DNA of 64,000 nt from Thermoanaerobaculia bacterium (GCA_044226625.1 JBGAGQ010000006.1:96001-160000); one strand, 5' to 3'; positions 9,953 to 19,123 are shown, counted from the stretch's first letter. Numbers and translations are program-made. Notes: a model not told the origin generated them from the letters alone.

Positions 9953-11020
9953 TCAGCCGCCGGACGCAGGCACGTCCGGCAGCGCGGCGCGAAACGGCGG
10001 CAGCTCCGCGGGCTCGGTTTCGTGGAGCTTGCCCACGTCGATCGAAAGCGTGCCGTCGGGCGTCGGCGGGTTGAACAGGTTGACGAAGCGGGCGCCCCAG
10101 ATCATCTCGTCCGCGGTGTACGACGAGCGGGTGAGCACCGTTTGCGAGAACGTCTCGTCGAACGCCTGGATCAGGATCAGCAGCTCCGTGCTCGCCTCTT
10201 CGACCTCTTCGCGCGAAAGACCCCAGAGCGGGCTCGTCTCGTCGATCGGGTGGACCAGCGTCCAGGAGAGCGGGAAGAACTCGACGTGATCGCGCTCCAG
10301 CTTGAGCGGCAGGAATTCGCGTCCCATCCCCGCCACGCCGTCCCGGAAGCGGCCGAGGATCACCCGCGCCTCGACCTGGATCAGTTGGTTGCTCCGGCTG
10401 TTGGCGATCCGGAACATGAGCGCCCGGCCGTCGCGAAACGGCGCGACGATCGCCCGATCCGAAAACAGGACGCATGCTCCAGGGCGCGAGAAACGCGCGA
10501 AGACCAGCCCGGTGACGAGGGTCAGGCTGAGCAGGCCGGCGAGCGATTCCACCGTCACCAGCCAGTGGGCGACGAGCGAGTGGGGGCTGGTCGCGCCGTA
10601 GCCGATCGTCGCGAAGGTCTGGACGCTGAAGAAGAAATCCTGGAGGTAGATGTCGAGCGCTCCCGCCGACCGGTCGATTCCGAGCAGCGCCTCGGGTCCG
10701 CAGGCCCAGTAGGCGAAGCCGAACAGACCGTTGATCCCGAGATAGAGCGCGAGCACCAGGCCCAGGAAGCGGGGCCAGCTCGCGGTGAGAAGGAAGTGAT
10801 AGGGCGAGAGCGAGCGCCAGAACCCGAGACCCTCGCGCACGACGTTGAAGGTGCCGTTGCGGTTGAGCAGCCGGCGTCGGCTTTCGCGCGAGACGACGGC
10901 GCCGAAGCCGAGGTCCGGATTCGGGTCGAGCGGCGACGGGGAGCCCGACGGCGCGGGTCCGCCCCCCACCGCTCCGGCGGCCGGCCTCCCGGCGGAGGTC
11001 ACCTTCTTGCGGCCGATCAT
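9953..11020 (-). CDS. Inward-rectifier K+ channel (KirBac family)
   Basis: FFFSVQTFATIGYG selectivity filter, FARFSRP, LSWTLVHPIDETSPL cytoplasmic domain. Confidence 0.92.
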   Translation of the reverse strand: MIGRKKVTSAGRPAAGAVGGGPAPSGSPSPLDPNPDLGFGAVVSRESRRRLLNRNGTFNVVREGLGFWRSLSPYHFLLTASWPRFLGLVLALYLGINGLFGFAYWACGPEALLGIDRSAGALDIYLQDFFFSVQTFATIGYGATSPHSLVAHWLVTVESLAGLLSLTLVTGLVFARFSRPGACVLFSDRAIVAPFRDGRALMFRIANSRSNQLIQVEARVILGRFRDGVAGMGREFLPLKLERDHVEFFPLSWTLVHPIDETSPLWGLSREEVEEASTELLILIQAFDETFSQTVLTRSSYTADEMIWGARFVNLFNPPTPDGTLSIDVGKLHETEPAELPPFRAALPDVPASGG

Positions 11021-11063
11021 TGGCCCTAGCGTAGCAGCGTCCCGACGATATGCTCGGAGCGAC

Positions 11064-11834
11064 GTGGCGCTCGAATCCGCCGAAGCCCTGATCCTCTCCG
11101 TCTCGGACCTCCAGGACCGCGATCGCATCGTCGTCTTCCTCACCCGCGAGCACGGCCGGAAGAAAGGCGTCGCCAAGGGCTCCCGAACGCGCCACAGCCG
11201 CTTCGCCGGCCAGCTCCAGCCGCTCGCCAAGGCGGCGATCACCTGGTTTCAAAAGGAGGGGGCCGACCTGGTCCGGCTCTCCTCGGTCGAGCTGATCCGG
11301 CCCGCGGGTCCGCTGCTCGACCAGCTCGACGACATCCTGCTCGGCGCTTATCTCGCCGAGCACATGATCGAGTTCGCCCAGGAGGACGAGCCGAGCGAGG
11401 CGCTCTACCGCCTGCTCGACGCGACGCTCGAGGCGCTCCTTTCCGGCGTCGACCGGGACGCGGTCGCCCGTTACTTCGAGGCCTGGGTGCTCCGGCTCGC
11501 CGGAATCTTCCCCCCGCCGCGCGACTGCCCGGAATGCGGTGGCGACCTCGCGACGAAGGGGGCCGTCCTGCCCCGCGGCGGCGACGGCCTGCTCTGCGCC
11601 GACTGCGCCGACTCCGCTCACCGCGACGGGCGGACGCTCCAGCCGGGAACCCTCGATTTCCTGTTGCGAATCAGCCGCGTCCCCCCGGCGCTCGCAGGCG
11701 AGCCGAAGCCCCCCGCGGCGGTCCTCCGCCAGGTGGAAGAGCTGTGTACCGAGATACGCCGCGGTTTCCTGCAACACGAGCTCAAGAGCCGCCACGTGCT
11801 GGAGCAAATTCGCGGTCGGGTCGACACGCGGTAG
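11064..11834 (+). CDS. recO: DNA repair protein RecO
   Basis: DRIVVFLTREHG..GVAKG...SRFAGQLQP; YFEAWVLRLAG; CPECG..CADC zinc finger. Confidence 0.92.
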   Translation: MALESAEALILSVSDLQDRDRIVVFLTREHGRKKGVAKGSRTRHSRFAGQLQPLAKAAITWFQKEGADLVRLSSVELIRPAGPLLDQLDDILLGAYLAEHMIEFAQEDEPSEALYRLLDATLEALLSGVDRDAVARYFEAWVLRLAGIFPPPRDCPECGGDLATKGAVLPRGGDGLLCADCADSAHRDGRTLQPGTLDFLLRISRVPPALAGEPKPPAAVLRQVEELCTEIRRGFLQHELKSRHVLEQIRGRVDTR

Positions 11835-11862
11835 GCGGCGCCGCTCGAAAGACGGAGCACGG

Positions 11863-13863
11863 ATGCCGTACCTACCCGCCCTGCTGCTCGCGCTGTTCGC
11901 CTTCTGGGCCGGCAACTTCGTCCAGGGGGCGACGGGGCTCGGTGCGATCGCAGGTCACGCGGCCCTCGGTGTAGTGCTGATCCTTCTCGGCGGACGCGGG
12001 GGGGCGTTCACGGATCCCCTTCGGCTCGGCCGCGCCGGCCGGTTCCTCCCCTTCGCCGCGCTGGTCGCGGCGGTCGCGAGCCCGCTCGCCTCTCCGGTGC
12101 CTCGGACCGGCCAGGTCGGGATCCTGGTCGCCCTCCTCCTGCTGTTCGTCGCGCCGGTTCTCGCTCGCTCGTTCGAGCGCGACCCGGCCCGAGCCGCGGC
12201 GGCCGTCTCGGCGGTCGTGGTGCTGGTTTCGCTCTACGCCCTCGCGGCTTCGCTCGCCGGACGGTCGGCGCGTCCGGCGCTTCCACTCGGCCATCACACG
12301 CTGCTCGCCGCCTGGCTCGCGATGCTCCTGCCGCTCGCCGCGCTACCCGCGTTCGAACGAACGTCGCGGTCCGAGGGAGCCCCCTCTGCCAAGCATTCCG
12401 GGGGGATCGCGCTCGGCGCGGGCGCCGCGTTGATCGGCTTGCTCGCGCTCCTCGCCTCGCGCTCGGCCGCGGGACTCCTCGCCGTCGCGGCCCAGGCGGC
12501 GATCGCCCCACTCTTCCTCGGCGGCCGGCGGGCACGGAAGGCGACGTTCTGGCTCGCACTGGCCCTTCTACTCCTCCTCGTGCCCCGCGCGGTCGCCATC
12601 CTCTCCGGCCATGATCCCTCGGCCGCCGCCCGCCAGGTGTACTGGCGGGCGGGCGTCGCCGGCTTCGCCGAGCGGCCCCTGCTCGGTTGGGGGCCGGGGG
12701 CGACCCCCTGGACGATCGCGCCGTTCCTGCGCCCCATTCCGGGCGCGAACCCTCCCGGCGAAGCGGTCGGAGAGCTGCATTCGCTGCCGCTTACGATCGC
12801 CTACGAGCTCGGCGGAACCGGCCTCGCGCTCGCCGGGGCGCTCGCGCTCGCGTTCCTGCTTCGCCGGATCCGGGAGGAACGGGAAGCCCCCGATTCGCTG
12901 CGCCGCGCTGGCCTGCTCGGCCTGCTCGGCGGCGCGATCGCCTCGCTCGGCACGGGGGCTTGGTCGGTCGCCGCTCTGCCCGTCGCCGCGGTGATTGCCG
13001 CCAGCGCCGCGCTCGCCCCTTCGAGGGGATCGACCGAACCCTCGTCCGTGACTCGCATCGCGCCGGCGCGCCGCCCGGCGCTCGCCCGCGCGATCGGGGC
13101 CGCGTCGCTCCTCCTGCTCGCGCCGTTCGACCTCGGCCACCTCGACTACGACCGGGCGATCGGCACCGACCCGCGGCGGTCGATCGAAGCGCTCGACGAG
13201 GCGCTCGCGAGCGATCCCTCGTTCGGCCTCTACCGCGCGCGGCGCGCGGCGTACCGGGCGCGAACCGTCGGGGAGGACGCCGAGGAGGCCTGGCGCGCCG
13301 CGCGCGATGCGGGCGACGTCGCTCCGCTCTGGCTCCTCGCCGGCGAGTTGGGCGTCGAGGCGCGGCGCCCCTGGTCGGGCGCCGCGCTCGACCGCGCCTG
13401 CCGCGCCGCGCCGTTCGACGGCATCGCCCCCTGGCTGCGCCTCTCCGCCGCCCCTCCCGCCGATGATCCGGTCTCGATCGCGGCCCGCGCCTTTCTCGCC
13501 GAACCGAAGCTGCTCCAGGCCGTCCAGGGCCCGCCGCTCGCCGTGCGGCGGCAAGCCGTCGCGCGGATCGAGCACCTGCCTGGCCTCGACCGCGGCTGGC
13601 GCCGCGCTCTGGTTCTCGCCGCCCGTCGATCCCTTCCCTCGGGTCCGATCTCGTTTCTCACCTTCGGCGCCGAGACGCCGGACGGAAGCTTTTCGCTTCA
13701 CTGGTTCCGCCGCCTCCCCTGGGGCGCCTACCTCGGCGGCGTGGCGCTTCGCGGTGCGGCGCCCTCGGATCGAGAGCTGCCCGCGGCGACCCGATTACCC
13801 ACCACCGCCGCGAGCTTGTTCGACGATTCGGGCTGCCGACTCGGCGCGACGTCGACCCGGTAA
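11863..13863 (+). CDS. O-antigen ligase family (Wzy_C-like) membrane protein with helical C-terminal region
   Basis: Multiple TM helices; SRSA, R..YW...ERPLLGWGPG, H(S)LPL..AYELG motifs. Confidence 0.7.
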   Translation: MPYLPALLLALFAFWAGNFVQGATGLGAIAGHAALGVVLILLGGRGGAFTDPLRLGRAGRFLPFAALVAAVASPLASPVPRTGQVGILVALLLLFVAPVLARSFERDPARAAAAVSAVVVLVSLYALAASLAGRSARPALPLGHHTLLAAWLAMLLPLAALPAFERTSRSEGAPSAKHSGGIALGAGAALIGLLALLASRSAAGLLAVAAQAAIAPLFLGGRRARKATFWLALALLLLLVPRAVAILSGHDPSAAARQVYWRAGVAGFAERPLLGWGPGATPWTIAPFLRPIPGANPPGEAVGELHSLPLTIAYELGGTGLALAGALALAFLLRRIREEREAPDSLRRAGLLGLLGGAIASLGTGAWSVAALPVAAVIAASAALAPSRGSTEPSSVTRIAPARRPALARAIGAASLLLLAPFDLGHLDYDRAIGTDPRRSIEALDEALASDPSFGLYRARRAAYRARTVGEDAEEAWRAARDAGDVAPLWLLAGELGVEARRPWSGAALDRACRAAPFDGIAPWLRLSAAPPADDPVSIAARAFLAEPKLLQAVQGPPLAVRRQAVARIEHLPGLDRGWRRALVLAARRSLPSGPISFLTFGAETPDGSFSLHWFRRLPWGAYLGGVALRGAAPSDRELPAATRLPTTAASLFDDSGCRLGATSTR

Positions 13864-13910
13864 AAACCGCGTCCCGAGGGTCAAGTTGCGGTGTTCATTG
13901 GAGTTTCGGG

Positions 13911-14130
13911 TTTTCCCGCAGGATCTGTGGAAAACTCTGTGGGAAACCGCCCTGTGACGAAGAGAAAACAGCGGTGTAAACGGCGTTTTCACCGGATTGA
14001 ACAGTTTGTTGTGCAATCCAGCTAACATCCAATGGAATCAATGGTTTGAAGGTTCTTCATTCCGCGGACGCACCGGTGTCGCGCGCGTTCCGCGGCATTT
14101 CGGAGCGGGGATCCAGCCAAAGTTTCCACA
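13911..14130. promoter_or_regulatory. DnaA-box cluster with IHF site (oriC- or datA-like)
   Basis: TGTGGAAAA 13926-34 (perfect box), TGTGGGAAA 13938-46, GTTTCCACA 14122-30, weaker boxes at 13912, 13953 and 14010; AATCAATGGTTTG 14036-48 matches WATCAANNNNTTR; AT-rich; between convergent genes. Confidence 0.55.
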
Positions 14131-14303
14131 CTGGAACGCCGGCCGGTTGTCAAGGGCGGAATCTGGGCGGAATCGCTCGCTCGCGCTCGGTTCGGCAGGT
14201 CGATCGGACGATCTAAACCCCAGGCAGAATGCGTGCCGGGTGACCGCAACGCGAAGGAGAAAGCGGCGTGGCGGCCGGGGAACCGCCACGCCCAGGGGCG
14301 AGC

Positions 14304-17300
14304 TCAGGGCGCTCCGTCGAGCGGACGGCCGGGGACGTAGAAGACGTCACCGGTCGCGTTGATGTTCGCCAGGTAGGTGAGGACATGACCTCCTGCGAGG
14401 ACCTCCGTCTCGACGTGCCAGTTGGAGCCGTTCGCCAGCCCGGGGAAGACCCCGGCGAGGGTCCGCTCGAGATGCTGCCTCGGCTTGAGCGACATCGTGG
14501 TCTGGTGGAGCATCTGGCCCGCCGCGTCGACGAGGGTCAGCCGCACGTTGGTCGGCGCGTTGTTGAGGTTGATCACGCCGTAGCTCGACCGCGAGACCGG
14601 CAGCTGCTCGGCCCCGAAATCGACCGCATGCAGGCTCCCCTCGGAGGCCGGGCGCCGGGCGTCGACGAGCATGCCGAACCGTTGGGCCGGCGGACCGGGC
14701 GTGGTCGCGAAACCGAGTGCCAGGATCCGCGGGCCCGAGCCGAGGGGACCGGTCCAGAGGATGCGCAGGGCCCCCGTCGCCTCGTCCAGGTTGAACAGGT
14801 CTTTGGCGACGTCGTCGATCAGAAGCGCCGCTCGGGCCGGCAGCGAACGAACTACCGTTGGTGGGTTCGAGTTGTCCTGGCCGCGCAGCCAGAGCGACAG
14901 GGTGAGCTCGCGCGGCTGGTCGGTCGAGTTCCAGAGCACGAGCTTCGTCGTGAGCTGGGTGTTGAACTGCCCCTTGCCACGCACCACGCGGGGGATGAGC
15001 AGCTCGCCTTCCGAGGTGTCTGGGTCGAGCGAGCCCTCGGCCGGAGGGGGCGGCGCGGCAGGCAGGAAGATCTGGTCCTGGGAACCCGTCTCGAGCAGCG
15101 TCGCCGAGGCGGCAAAGCGGATTCCGGACGAGGTGAAGCGGGCGGTGAACGGTCCGGCTCGATCCTTCGCCGCGGGGAACAGGTTCGCGATCGGCTGCGA
15201 GCGCGTGGTCCGCGCGCCGAGCGAGAAGCTCGCGGGGGCGCCCACCGAGGCGCCGCTCGCGTCGAACAGCTCGACGTCGACGCGTCCTCCCGTCGCGTCG
15301 AGATTCGCGGCCAACAGACTGCTCAGGAAACCTCCTCCTTCGAGCACGCCGGCCACCACCCTGGGGGCGGCCGACCAGGTCGACTCGGGCTCCTCCGGCA
15401 CCAACTGACCGAAGCTTCCCCCCGCGACCTCGAGGAACGAGCGGGCGAAGGCGAAGGTATGCGCGGGAGCCGCCGCGGCGGAGAGGGGGCGCCGGATCTC
15501 GAGCGCGAGCGAGCCTTGGGTGCTGGTCTCGCCGAACAGCTCGCCGAGGACGTTGCTCAGGAACAGGGAGGTCCCGGCCGGGAGCGTCACCTCGCGCCGA
15601 TCGGGGTTCGGGTTGCCCGCCCCGCGCGGGAGGTAGACCAGGCCCACCCGGCTGTCGGACGGCCCGTCGTTGTGCAGCCAGAGATCGGACTTGAACACCC
15701 CGGAGGCGCCGCGCGGGCCGAAGATCACGCTCTGGAGGAACGAGTCCTCCCCGGGCAGCTCGACCGCCGGGCCACCCACCACCAGCTGGCCCGTGGCCTC
15801 CGCCGTCTGACCGACGTCGCCGAACGCCTTGATCTGAATCGTGTAGGTTCCCGGAACGTCGTAGAGGTGGTCGGCGCAGAAGCGGTTCGGAGCGCACGGC
15901 GCGACGGAGAAGGCGCGGGCGACGCCGCCGAGATTCCACTCGACGCGGACGACCGGGCCGGTGACGGTCGCCGCAAGATGCGCCACCGTACCGGTCGTGA
16001 CCGCCGGCGCCGGCACCCACGAAACGGTGATCGGTTGGGCGCTCGGCACCGTCACCGTCGTCCGGTTGCTCCGCCCGCTCTCCCCCCGGTTGTTGTAGGC
16101 GGCGACCTCGTAGTCGTACCGGTGTCCGGGCTGGAGCCCCGCGTCGACATGGGACACGGCGCCCGCGGGAAGCGAAACGAGCAGGGCGAGCGCGCCACCG
16201 TCCACCCCGCGATAGACCCGGAAGCCGATCTCGTTGCTGGAGCGATCCTGCCAAGCGAGGTTCGCGGCCAAGCCGGAGAGCGTCGCGGCGAGCCCCGCCG
16301 GGGCCTGGGGCGCGCCCCCACCGCCGCCCCCTCCTCCGGAAGGCGTGTAGAGGACCGCAAGGCCGGCTCGGTCGTCGTTCCCCAGCCGACCGCCGCGCCC
16401 GTCGTCGTGGATGAACGCCCGCATCACCGCGTTCATCTTGTCGGCGCTGTTGCAAGCCCCGCTGTCGGCATCTCCGCACGAGTGGCCGAGTCCCAGCGTA
16501 TGGCCGAGCTCATGGGTGAACAGTTCTTCGGCCGCCTGGCTCGGGCTGGCGCTGTTCTGGAAGAAGCAGCCGAGGTTCTGGTTGGTGAAGATGTCGGCTT
16601 CGAGCGCGCGCAGGTAGATCTCGTCGCGATAGGTCCCGCGGACGTCCTGATCGAGCCAGGGGCCACCGACGGCGAGCACCCCGCCGCGATCGCACTCGTA
16701 CGGATCGACGTCGGGGATCGAACGGTTGAAGAGGAGGGTGTTCGTGCCGTCCTGGCGGTCGATCGCGCCGCCGCCGGTGGTTCCCGCATAGCGGTAGTCG
16801 ACGTTGGTCGCACCGTCGCCGTTCCAGATCGCGAGGCCGCGCTGGAGCTCGGCCGCTCCCCCTCCCGCGAGCCCCGGCTGGCCGGCGCTCTCCCATCGCC
16901 ACGACACGCTCTGGCCCTGATCGAATTCGAACCAGCGCACCTTGAGGCCCTGATCCTCGAGGAAGGTGAAGTCCGCGGTCAGCTGGGACGGCTCGACGAA
17001 ATAGTCCGCCGCCCGCACCTTTCCCGCGGCGCGGTCGGCGAGCCAGCCGCTGAACCGCTCGAGGTCGCGCGGCTGCCGCCAGACCGCCGAGCTTTCGGTC
17101 CGGCCCGCCGCTTTCACCTCGGTGGCTCCCGAAAGATCGCGCAGCGCGAGAGCCCGGCCGCCGGCCGCGACCTCATGGAACGCGCCGAGCATCAGATGAC
17201 GGATGCGATAGGTCCCATCGTCCTGGGCGACCAGAAAAAGGAGAGCACGCTCCCCTTTTCGAAAGCCGGGAGCGCCGTAGACCTGGAAGAGCTTGCGGTT

Positions 17301-17570
17301 CTTGCTTCCACCGGGGATCCGAACCACGATCGAGCCGCCGGAAACGCTCCCCTGGACCAGCTGCTCGACCTCGGCCAGCACGTCGGTCGCGGGCATTCCC
17401 TCGACCGGGGCGGGGCTTACGTCCATCACTCGAACTCGCGCGATGACATCGGAACCTGCGGCGAGATCGCGGTCGCTCGCCATGACGAAGCTGGTGGCGA
17501 AAGCGGCGGGAGACAGGAGGGGTACCAGGGGAAGGAGGAGGCCGAAGAGGAGGGCGGGACGGCGACGCAT
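14304..17570 (-). CDS. Large secreted metzincin (matrixin-like) protease with FN3, PKD-like and two repeated C-terminal domains
   Basis: Signal peptide; HELGHTLGLGH plus Met-turn (NAVMRA); LAWQDRSSNEIGF FN3; HLYDVPGTYTI PKD-like; two xxGxxGxF..xLxxxN-initiated domains. Confidence 0.85.
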   Translation of the reverse strand: MRRRPALLFGLLLPLVPLLSPAAFATSFVMASDRDLAAGSDVIARVRVMDVSPAPVEGMPATDVLAEVEQLVQGSVSGGSIVVRIPGGSKNRKLFQVYGAPGFRKGERALLFLVAQDDGTYRIRHLMLGAFHEVAAGGRALALRDLSGATEVKAAGRTESSAVWRQPRDLERFSGWLADRAAGKVRAADYFVEPSQLTADFTFLEDQGLKVRWFEFDQGQSVSWRWESAGQPGLAGGGAAELQRGLAIWNGDGATNVDYRYAGTTGGGAIDRQDGTNTLLFNRSIPDVDPYECDRGGVLAVGGPWLDQDVRGTYRDEIYLRALEADIFTNQNLGCFFQNSASPSQAAEELFTHELGHTLGLGHSCGDADSGACNSADKMNAVMRAFIHDDGRGGRLGNDDRAGLAVLYTPSGGGGGGGGAPQAPAGLAATLSGLAANLAWQDRSSNEIGFRVYRGVDGGALALLVSLPAGAVSHVDAGLQPGHRYDYEVAAYNNRGESGRSNRTTVTVPSAQPITVSWVPAPAVTTGTVAHLAATVTGPVVRVEWNLGGVARAFSVAPCAPNRFCADHLYDVPGTYTIQIKAFGDVGQTAEATGQLVVGGPAVELPGEDSFLQSVIFGPRGASGVFKSDLWLHNDGPSDSRVGLVYLPRGAGNPNPDRREVTLPAGTSLFLSNVLGELFGETSTQGSLALEIRRPLSAAAAPAHTFAFARSFLEVAGGSFGQLVPEEPESTWSAAPRVVAGVLEGGGFLSSLLAANLDATGGRVDVELFDASGASVGAPASFSLGARTTRSQPIANLFPAAKDRAGPFTARFTSSGIRFAASATLLETGSQDQIFLPAAPPPPAEGSLDPDTSEGELLIPRVVRGKGQFNTQLTTKLVLWNSTDQPRELTLSLWLRGQDNSNPPTVVRSLPARAALLIDDVAKDLFNLDEATGALRILWTGPLGSGPRILALGFATTPGPPAQRFGMLVDARRPASEGSLHAVDFGAEQLPVSRSSYGVINLNNAPTNVRLTLVDAAGQMLHQTTMSLKPRQHLERTLAGVFPGLANGSNWHVETEVLAGGHVLTYLANINATGDVFYVPGRPLDGAP

Positions 17571-17833
17571 GGGCGGGCTCCTTGTTGCGATCCGGCGAGG
17601 ACGCTACGAATTTCCGAGTATAGGGGACCGGTCCGAGAGACCCCGGCTTCCGCCCCTGCTTTCAAGCCCTCCGCTCGACTCCAACGAAACCAACGTTCAT
17701 CCAGAAACCCCGACTCCGTCGATTTCCTTCCCATCCCATTCGAGTCGATCCCAAACCGGGTGTCGTTCATCCCAAATCGAGCGGCCCCCCGGCGCATTGT
17801 CGACCGCGCCGGGGGGACGGGATCTCGGAGGGA

Positions 17834-18205
17834 CTACGGACGACCAGCCGCGGCGGGCGGCGTCTCCACCTTTTTCTTTCGCACCGGCGGGCGCCGCGGA
17901 CGGAAGCCGAACTTGAGCAGCATCTCGCTGGTGAACCCGTAGTTGAACTGAAGACCGGCTCCCAGCCGGCCGCGGATCTTGTCGCCTCGTTTTACGAGAT
18001 CGGAGAGCTGAGCGTTGTTGCTCTGTACCGCGGCCCGCAGCTCGTCCTGCTTGTAGCTAAGATCGCGGGCCTCGATCAGCACCCCCTTCAACTCGGCGAG
18101 CGTCGCGGCCAGGTGCGGAACGTCACCGACCGCCGGCTCGAGGTTGTTGACCAAAGTGTCCCAGCGGGCGACCCGCTCGGCGTTGGATTTTCCTGTTGCG
18201 GCCAT
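17834..18205 (-). CDS. Hypothetical 123-aa helical protein with basic C-terminal tail
   Basis: Strong RBS (AAAGGAGA); coiled-coil-like body; YGFTSEMLLKFGFRPRRPPVRKKK tail. Confidence 0.8.
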   Translation of the reverse strand: MAATGKSNAERVARWDTLVNNLEPAVGDVPHLAATLAELKGVLIEARDLSYKQDELRAAVQSNNAQLSDLVKRGDKIRGRLGAGLQFNYGFTSEMLLKFGFRPRRPPVRKKKVETPPAAAGRP

Positions 18206-18308
18206 GATGCTTCTCCTTTCGAAACGTGGGTACTGCCTGGGTTGGAACGACGTGGGGCGACCAATGCGACCGAACGGCCGCCGAACGGAAGTGGGCGGTG
18301 GCGAAGCG

Positions 18309-18539
18309 TCCCTCCCCTCGCTTGGGGGGGGAGGTTAGGAGGGGGGCGAACGCATGGCGGTAGAGGTGAAATCGGAGCGGTTGGCCGGAGGAGAGCGCCC
18401 CCCCCTCGGTCCTCCCCCGCGAGCGGGGGAGGAGGCCCCTTCGGAGGGTCACCCCTTCGTCCAGTGCGCTCGGTCTTCCTCGAACCCTCAGCAAAGGGTC
18501 CCTCCCCCCGCGTGCGGGGGGAAGTTAGGAGGGGGGCGA
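18309..18539. repeat. Three REP-like palindromic units in alternating orientation
   Basis: TCCCTCCCC..GC.TG.GGGGG.A.GTTAGGAGGGGGGCGA at 18309-18349 and 18499-18539; inverted copy at ~18396-18433. Confidence 0.8.
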
Positions 18540-18546
18540 CCGTCGT

Positions 18547-18735
18547 TTGGAGGAGCTCGGAAGCCCGTTGGGCGAGATCGAACGTCGGTCGGGCGAGATC
18601 TGCGGTCGTTTGGGGGAGCCGGACCGCCCGTTCGGCGAGACCGGTCACCCGTTGAGCGAGATCGAACGTCCTTTGGGCGAGATAGAAACGGGATCGACAG
18701 GGATCAGCCGACGGTTGGGTTCCATTCGTCGTCCG
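18547..18735. repeat. Degenerate 21-bp tandem array (~9 units)
   Basis: Units start at 18547, 18568, 18589, 18610, 18631, 18652, 18673, 18694, 18715; consensus TTGGGCGAGATC plus 9 variable nt. Confidence 0.8.
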
Positions 18736-18853
18736 ATACGGCCCAAACGAGCGCGCGCCGAGGCGATCCGACGATCTCGACTCCAAACGGAGGGAGGCGC
18801 GCCGCATGCCGTCGGCGCCGTACCCCCGTCTTTCACAGGCTGTCTGTCAGCTC

Positions 18854-19044
18854 GGTGGCGGCACCATAACGCAGGGGTGTCCGAGAAAACGATAGTTTTT
18901 CCGCGGTCTCGTTTTTTTCTTTGAAGGGGAGGTCGTGCGCGGCTGTTCGCTCGCCTTGTTCGGAGGCGAAAGACGGGTGAGAAAAAGTCGTGCGCCGAAA
19001 ACTATCGTTTTCTCGGGCACCTATGCGTTAAGGTGCCCGCCACC
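18854..19044. repeat. 190-bp palindromic element with 46/47-bp inverted arms (MITE-like or structured RNA)
   Basis: 18854-18899 matches the reverse complement of 18998-19044 with 4 mismatches and 1 indel. Confidence 0.8.
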
Positions 19045-19123
19045 GCGAAAGCGCCTCGGAAGCCAGGCCGCCCCACCCCTTGAACCGCACCAAGAGCCGC
19101 CCGCCCCTCGCTGAAATGGCGTC

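Noticed and set aside
14268-17942. 1224-aa + strand ORF (likewise 41447..43945, 52648..54465, 26081..27958 and similar)
   Set aside because: Stop-free antisense frames opposite well-supported genes, with no motifs; expected at this GC content.
18547-18735. Possible CRISPR array
   Set aside because: The 21-bp period with 9-nt variable parts is far too short, the repeats are degenerate, and no cas genes are present.
18861-19034. Integron attC site (TAAC...GTTA palindrome)
   Set aside because: Ends deviate from RYYYAAC/GTTRRRY, the ~165-bp span is long, the arms extend beyond the core sites, and no integrase or cassette array is present; kept only as a palindromic element.
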